Positions 15,686 to 18,652 of a DNA stretch of 18,652 nt are shown piece after piece; the stretch's first letter is position 1, and every line of letters begins with the position of its first letter. The notes under the pieces are model-generated. The model was not told where the DNA came from. It saw only the letters and a list, made by a program, of their open reading frames with translations, and did not search any database. A program made the translations under genes and the position numbers. This stretch comes from Candidatus Fervidifonticultor quintus (GTDB taxonomy: Bacteria; Sysuimicrobiota; Sysuimicrobiia; Sysuimicrobiales; Humicultoraceae): the NCBI GenBank assembly GCA_031459535.1, contig JAVKIJ010000065.1, positions 1 to 18,652 of the forward strand, given 5' to 3'.

Positions 15686-16936
15686 CTACTGTCGCTTGAG
15701 GGTCTCCAGCTCCCGCTGGAGATCCTGGACGACGCGTTCGACGGGCTCGTTGCGGACGATCATCCGCTGGCCGTGTTCGGCGACCAGCCGGATGAACTCG
15801 CTGGCCCGTGTCTCCAGGCCGAACGGGATCCAGCTCACGGCCCGCTTGGCGGCGTCCACGTAGACGTCAAAGAACGGCAGGTCCTTGCGCATCTCGGCGG
15901 GGATACTGATGTCCTGCCGGGGGGCCGGCGCGCCGACGGCGACAGAGTACTTCACCTGCGCGTCTCGGGTCGTGCCGCTCTTGATGAACTCCCAGACGAG
16001 CCGCTTTTCGTCGTCCGGGATCGCCCTGGGGATAGCCACCACGTTGCTCGGGCCACCCATCGTGGCCTTGAACGGCATCGGAGCGGCGCGCAGGTAGGGG
16101 CGGACGTCGGGGTTCGCTCGGAGAGCGAACCCCTGCATCCACGGGCCGTCGTTGTAGGAGGCCACCTTGCCCTCCATCACCAGCTGACGCAAGCGCGCCG
16201 ACTCCTGACCGATGGGTGTCGCTCCGAGCACGACTTCCTTCCACCACTTGAAGCCCTGGATCACCTGGGGGGTCACGACCGACGGGTTGCCCCGTTCGTC
16301 GGTCCATCGACCGCCGGCACCGTACACGAATACCGCAATGTGGGCGACCATGTTGAAGCCGGGTAGCGTCACGATGCCAATCCCATACTGCCCGTTCTTG
16401 GCGTCGGTCATCGCCTTGAGGGTCTCGATGTACTCCTCGACCGTGCGCGGCACAGCCCGGCCAGTGGCTTTCAGCAGCTTCTCGTTGTAGACCCATGCGT
16501 ACCCATAGTTCAGCATGAGCACGCAGTACGTCACTCCCTTCCATACGCACTCCTTGGCCTGGAGGGAGTGATAGGTCCTCTTGACGTCGGTCTCTTCCAG
16601 GAGCCGGTCGAGGGGTTCGAGCCAGCCCCGATCGGCAAATGGAAAGAACGTTTGCGCCGGGATGTGCACGATCTGCGGCGGCTGGTTGGCGGCGAATTGC
16701 GCGATCAGTTTGTCGGTGTGCTCCGCCAGCGGTACCTTCGTGAACTCGATGCGGACGCCGGGATGGGCGCGTTCGAATGCCGCGATCTGCTCCTTCCACC
16801 AACCCGATACGCCGGGTTCGTCCTGCTGCCAGGACGGAAACCTCAGGACGATCTCCCTCGGCGCCGCACCTCCAGGCGCGGCCAGCAGCCCGGCGGCCAA
16901 CACGACGATCAGGGCGCGTCCCAACACGATTCTCAT
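15686..16936 (-). CDS. Sugar ABC transporter solute-binding protein (family 1, CUT1)
   Basis: N-terminal Sec-type signal 'MRIVLGRALIVVLAAGLLAAPGGA' with no lipobox Cys. Motifs 'FERAHPGVRI', 'GWLEPLD', 'YNEKLL' and 'GKVASYNDGPW'. GAGGTG RBS at 16947-16942. Adjacent to two CUT1 permeases. Confidence 0.92.
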   Translation of the reverse strand: MRIVLGRALIVVLAAGLLAAPGGAAPREIVLRFPSWQQDEPGVSGWWKEQIAAFERAHPGVRIEFTKVPLAEHTDKLIAQFAANQPPQIVHIPAQTFFPFADRGWLEPLDRLLEETDVKRTYHSLQAKECVWKGVTYCVLMLNYGYAWVYNEKLLKATGRAVPRTVEEYIETLKAMTDAKNGQYGIGIVTLPGFNMVAHIAVFVYGAGGRWTDERGNPSVVTPQVIQGFKWWKEVVLGATPIGQESARLRQLVMEGKVASYNDGPWMQGFALRANPDVRPYLRAAPMPFKATMGGPSNVVAIPRAIPDDEKRLVWEFIKSGTTRDAQVKYSVAVGAPAPRQDISIPAEMRKDLPFFDVYVDAAKRAVSWIPFGLETRASEFIRLVAEHGQRMIVRNEPVERVVQDLQRELETLKRQ

Positions 16937-16951
16937 CGCGTCACCTCGCTC

Positions 16952-17677
16952 TCAGGACTCGGACAGATGTCCGGTGACCCCGGTGATCCCCTTCTCGGGA
17001 CCGATCGACTGCAGGTCTTCCACCAGCGATCGCTTCGCGCGTCGAATGTGATCGTCCACCGCCGCCGCCAGGCGCGCCGCATCTCTGGCCTCGAGCGCTT
17101 TGAGGATGGCTTGATGCTCGTCCCGTTCCTGCCGGCGCCTCTGCTGCCAGTTCTGCCACCGGGCGTGGACCCTGGCGATCTGGATGTGGACGTTGAGACT
17201 CTCGTAGACCTCGAGCAGCTTGCGATTGCCCGCCATGCGCACGAAGGCGCGGTGGAAGGCCATGTTCCTGCGCATGTGCTCGTCGACGTCGCCCTCTGCG
17301 GACTCGTCCAGCGCGGCGAGCAGCCCGCGGAGCTCGACGATCTGGTGGTCGGTCACCCTGGCTACTAGCAACTCCGCAGCAAGCAGTTCCAACGCGCGCC
17401 GCAGCTCGAACACCTCGGCGATCGTCTCGGCCGACAGCGAGGCGACGAAGGTGCCCCGGCGGGGGACGATGTCCACGAGCCCCTCGGTGGCCAGCGCGTT
17501 GAGGGCGTCCTTGACTGGCGTGCGGCTCATGCCGAGACGCGCCGCCAGGTCGTCCAGGTGGAGCCGTTGACCGGGCGCGAAGGCCTGCGAGAGAATCTGC
17601 GCTTTGAGTGTTCGGTAGGCGGCGTCAGTGAGCCGCTGGATCGGAACGACGGCCTGAGAAGGCTCCGCAGTAGGCAT
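16952..17677 (-). CDS. GntR-family (FadR/VanR, FCD domain) transcriptional regulator
   Basis: wHTH 'LAARLGMSRTPVKDAL..L..EGLV...PRRGTFV'. FCD segments 'ELRRALE', 'NMAFH', 'EHQAIL.AL..RD' and 'DDHI'. Confidence 0.95.
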   Translation of the reverse strand: MPTAEPSQAVVPIQRLTDAAYRTLKAQILSQAFAPGQRLHLDDLAARLGMSRTPVKDALNALATEGLVDIVPRRGTFVASLSAETIAEVFELRRALELLAAELLVARVTDHQIVELRGLLAALDESAEGDVDEHMRRNMAFHRAFVRMAGNRKLLEVYESLNVHIQIARVHARWQNWQQRRRQERDEHQAILKALEARDAARLAAAVDDHIRRAKRSLVEDLQSIGPEKGITGVTGHLSES

Positions 17678-17682
17678 CGAGC

Positions 17683-17708
17683 CTGAAATAAAAAATGTTA
17701 CATTTCAG
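17683..17708. promoter_or_regulatory. AT-rich promoter/operator region with nested inverted repeats upstream of the GntR gene
   Basis: This is the only strongly AT-rich tract in the window. It contains the palindrome AAATGT-T-ACATTT (17693-17705) and an outer inverted repeat CTGAAAT (17683-17689)/ATTTCAG (17702-17708). A candidate -10 element TAACAT lies on the minus strand at 17700-17695. Confidence 0.6.
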
Positions 17709-17763
17709 CAAGCGATTGTTCTGTTCGCGATGCAGAGACGATTTCCCTCCCTCCGCCTGGCGA

Positions 17764-18652
17764 TCAGGCCTTCAGGTACCGGCCGAACCAGGCCAGTACC
17801 CGCCTCCAGGCATCATCCGCGGCGGTCTTGGTGTACGCCTGGCCGGTATCGTTGAAGAACGCGTGACCCGCGCCGGCGTAGATGTGGATCTCGTGCACGA
17901 CGCCCGCTTTCTGCATCGCCTCGCGCACTGCCGGGATACCCGCGTTGATGCGCGTATCGAGCTCACCGTAGATGGCAAGCACCGCCGCCTTGATCTTCGC
18001 GACATCCTCAAGCGGGGGGTTGGGTCCGTAGAATGGCGCCGCCGCCACCAGTTCTGGATTCTGCGTGATGAAGCGCCAGACCATTCCGCCGCCGAAGCAC
18101 CAGCCGATGGTGCCGATGCGGTCCCGGCGCACACCCGGCGCCTGCTGCAGTCGCTGGAACGCATCGTTGAGCATGGCCACGAGCTGGGCAGGCGGTGTGC
18201 TACCCAGGAAGGTCGTCACCTGTGCCAGGTCGGTGAACTTGTCGGTCCCGCCGATGGGAGCAGCCAGGTCTACCGCCAGGGCGGCGTACCCCTCCCTGGC
18301 GAAGCGCCGCGCCACGTCCTTGAAGTGCTCCAGCAACCCCCGGTTCTCGTGAATGACGATCACCCCAGGATATGGCCCAGCGGCCCTGGGCCGAACCAGG
18401 TAGCCGATGTTGGGCTCGGGGCCCCCGGAGCGCGGGTAGGTGATCATGCCGTCCACCTGGATCGCCGGGTCGTCCGGCCGGACGGTGACGCCCGTCTGCT
18501 GCGCGACGAGCGCCGGGGGCCCCGACGCCGCCTCGGCAATCTCACTCTGGGTAGCAGCAACTCCCAGGCTCGCCAACATGGGGGCGGCAAGCGCGGCGCC
18601 GCCCGCCATCAGGGCGGTCCGCCGCAGGAACACACGCCGCGCCAGGCGTCCG
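17764..18652 (-). CDS. Dienelactone hydrolase family (YghX-like) alpha/beta hydrolase, 5'-truncated, with a twin-arginine-like segment
   Basis: Motifs 'IHENRGL', nucleophile elbow 'GWCFGG', 'PFYG', 'YGELD' and 'GAGHAFFND'. The frame stays open to the window edge (GRLARRVFLRR...), so the true start lies outside the window. Confidence 0.9.
   Translation of the reverse strand, partial: GRLARRVFLRRTALMAGGAALAAPMLASLGVAATQSEIAEAASGPPALVAQQTGVTVRPDDPAIQVDGMITYPRSGGPEPNIGYLVRPRAAGPYPGVIVIHENRGLLEHFKDVARRFAREGYAALAVDLAAPIGGTDKFTDLAQVTTFLGSTPPAQLVAMLNDAFQRLQQAPGVRRDRIGTIGWCFGGGMVWRFITQNPELVAAAPFYGPNPPLEDVAKIKAAVLAIYGELDTRINAGIPAVREAMQKAGVVHEIHIYAGAGHAFFNDTGQAYTKTAADDAWRRVLAWFGRYLKA

Noticed and set aside
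1-18652. CRISPR arrays, tRNA/rRNA, transposases, integrases or defence genes
   Set aside because: I saw no spaced direct repeats, no intergenic gap longer than about 90 nt, and no matching protein motifs.

Overview
This is a GC-rich bacterial window that is almost entirely coding. I see no rRNA, tRNA, CRISPR array or mobile element. It holds two convergent, tightly packed gene runs plus a partial gene. The plus strand (1-6944) carries a 5'-truncated sodium:solute symporter, a PA-domain M28 metallopeptidase with a non-canonical active-site motif, a stand-alone CapA-family metallophosphoesterase, a SelA/DgaE-like PLP enzyme and an ArnT-like membrane glycosyltransferase. The minus strand (17677-6949) carries an 11-gene putative operon: GntR/FCD regulator, sugar ABC binding protein, two permeases (no ATPase), enolase-superfamily enzyme B, a 67-aa protein, an AS-family amidase, a D-2-hydroxyacid dehydrogenase, a GH88/GH105 hydrolase, enolase-superfamily enzyme A and a DHDPS-fold protein of the L-KDA-dehydratase type. 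A 5'-truncated dienelactone-hydrolase-family gene lies upstream. The best candidate for an undescribed system is the minus-strand operon, which looks like a non-phosphorylative catabolic pathway for an unknown amide-bearing sugar-acid glycoside and contains several enzymes with altered catalytic motifs. All family calls come from motif recognition by eye; no database search was run.
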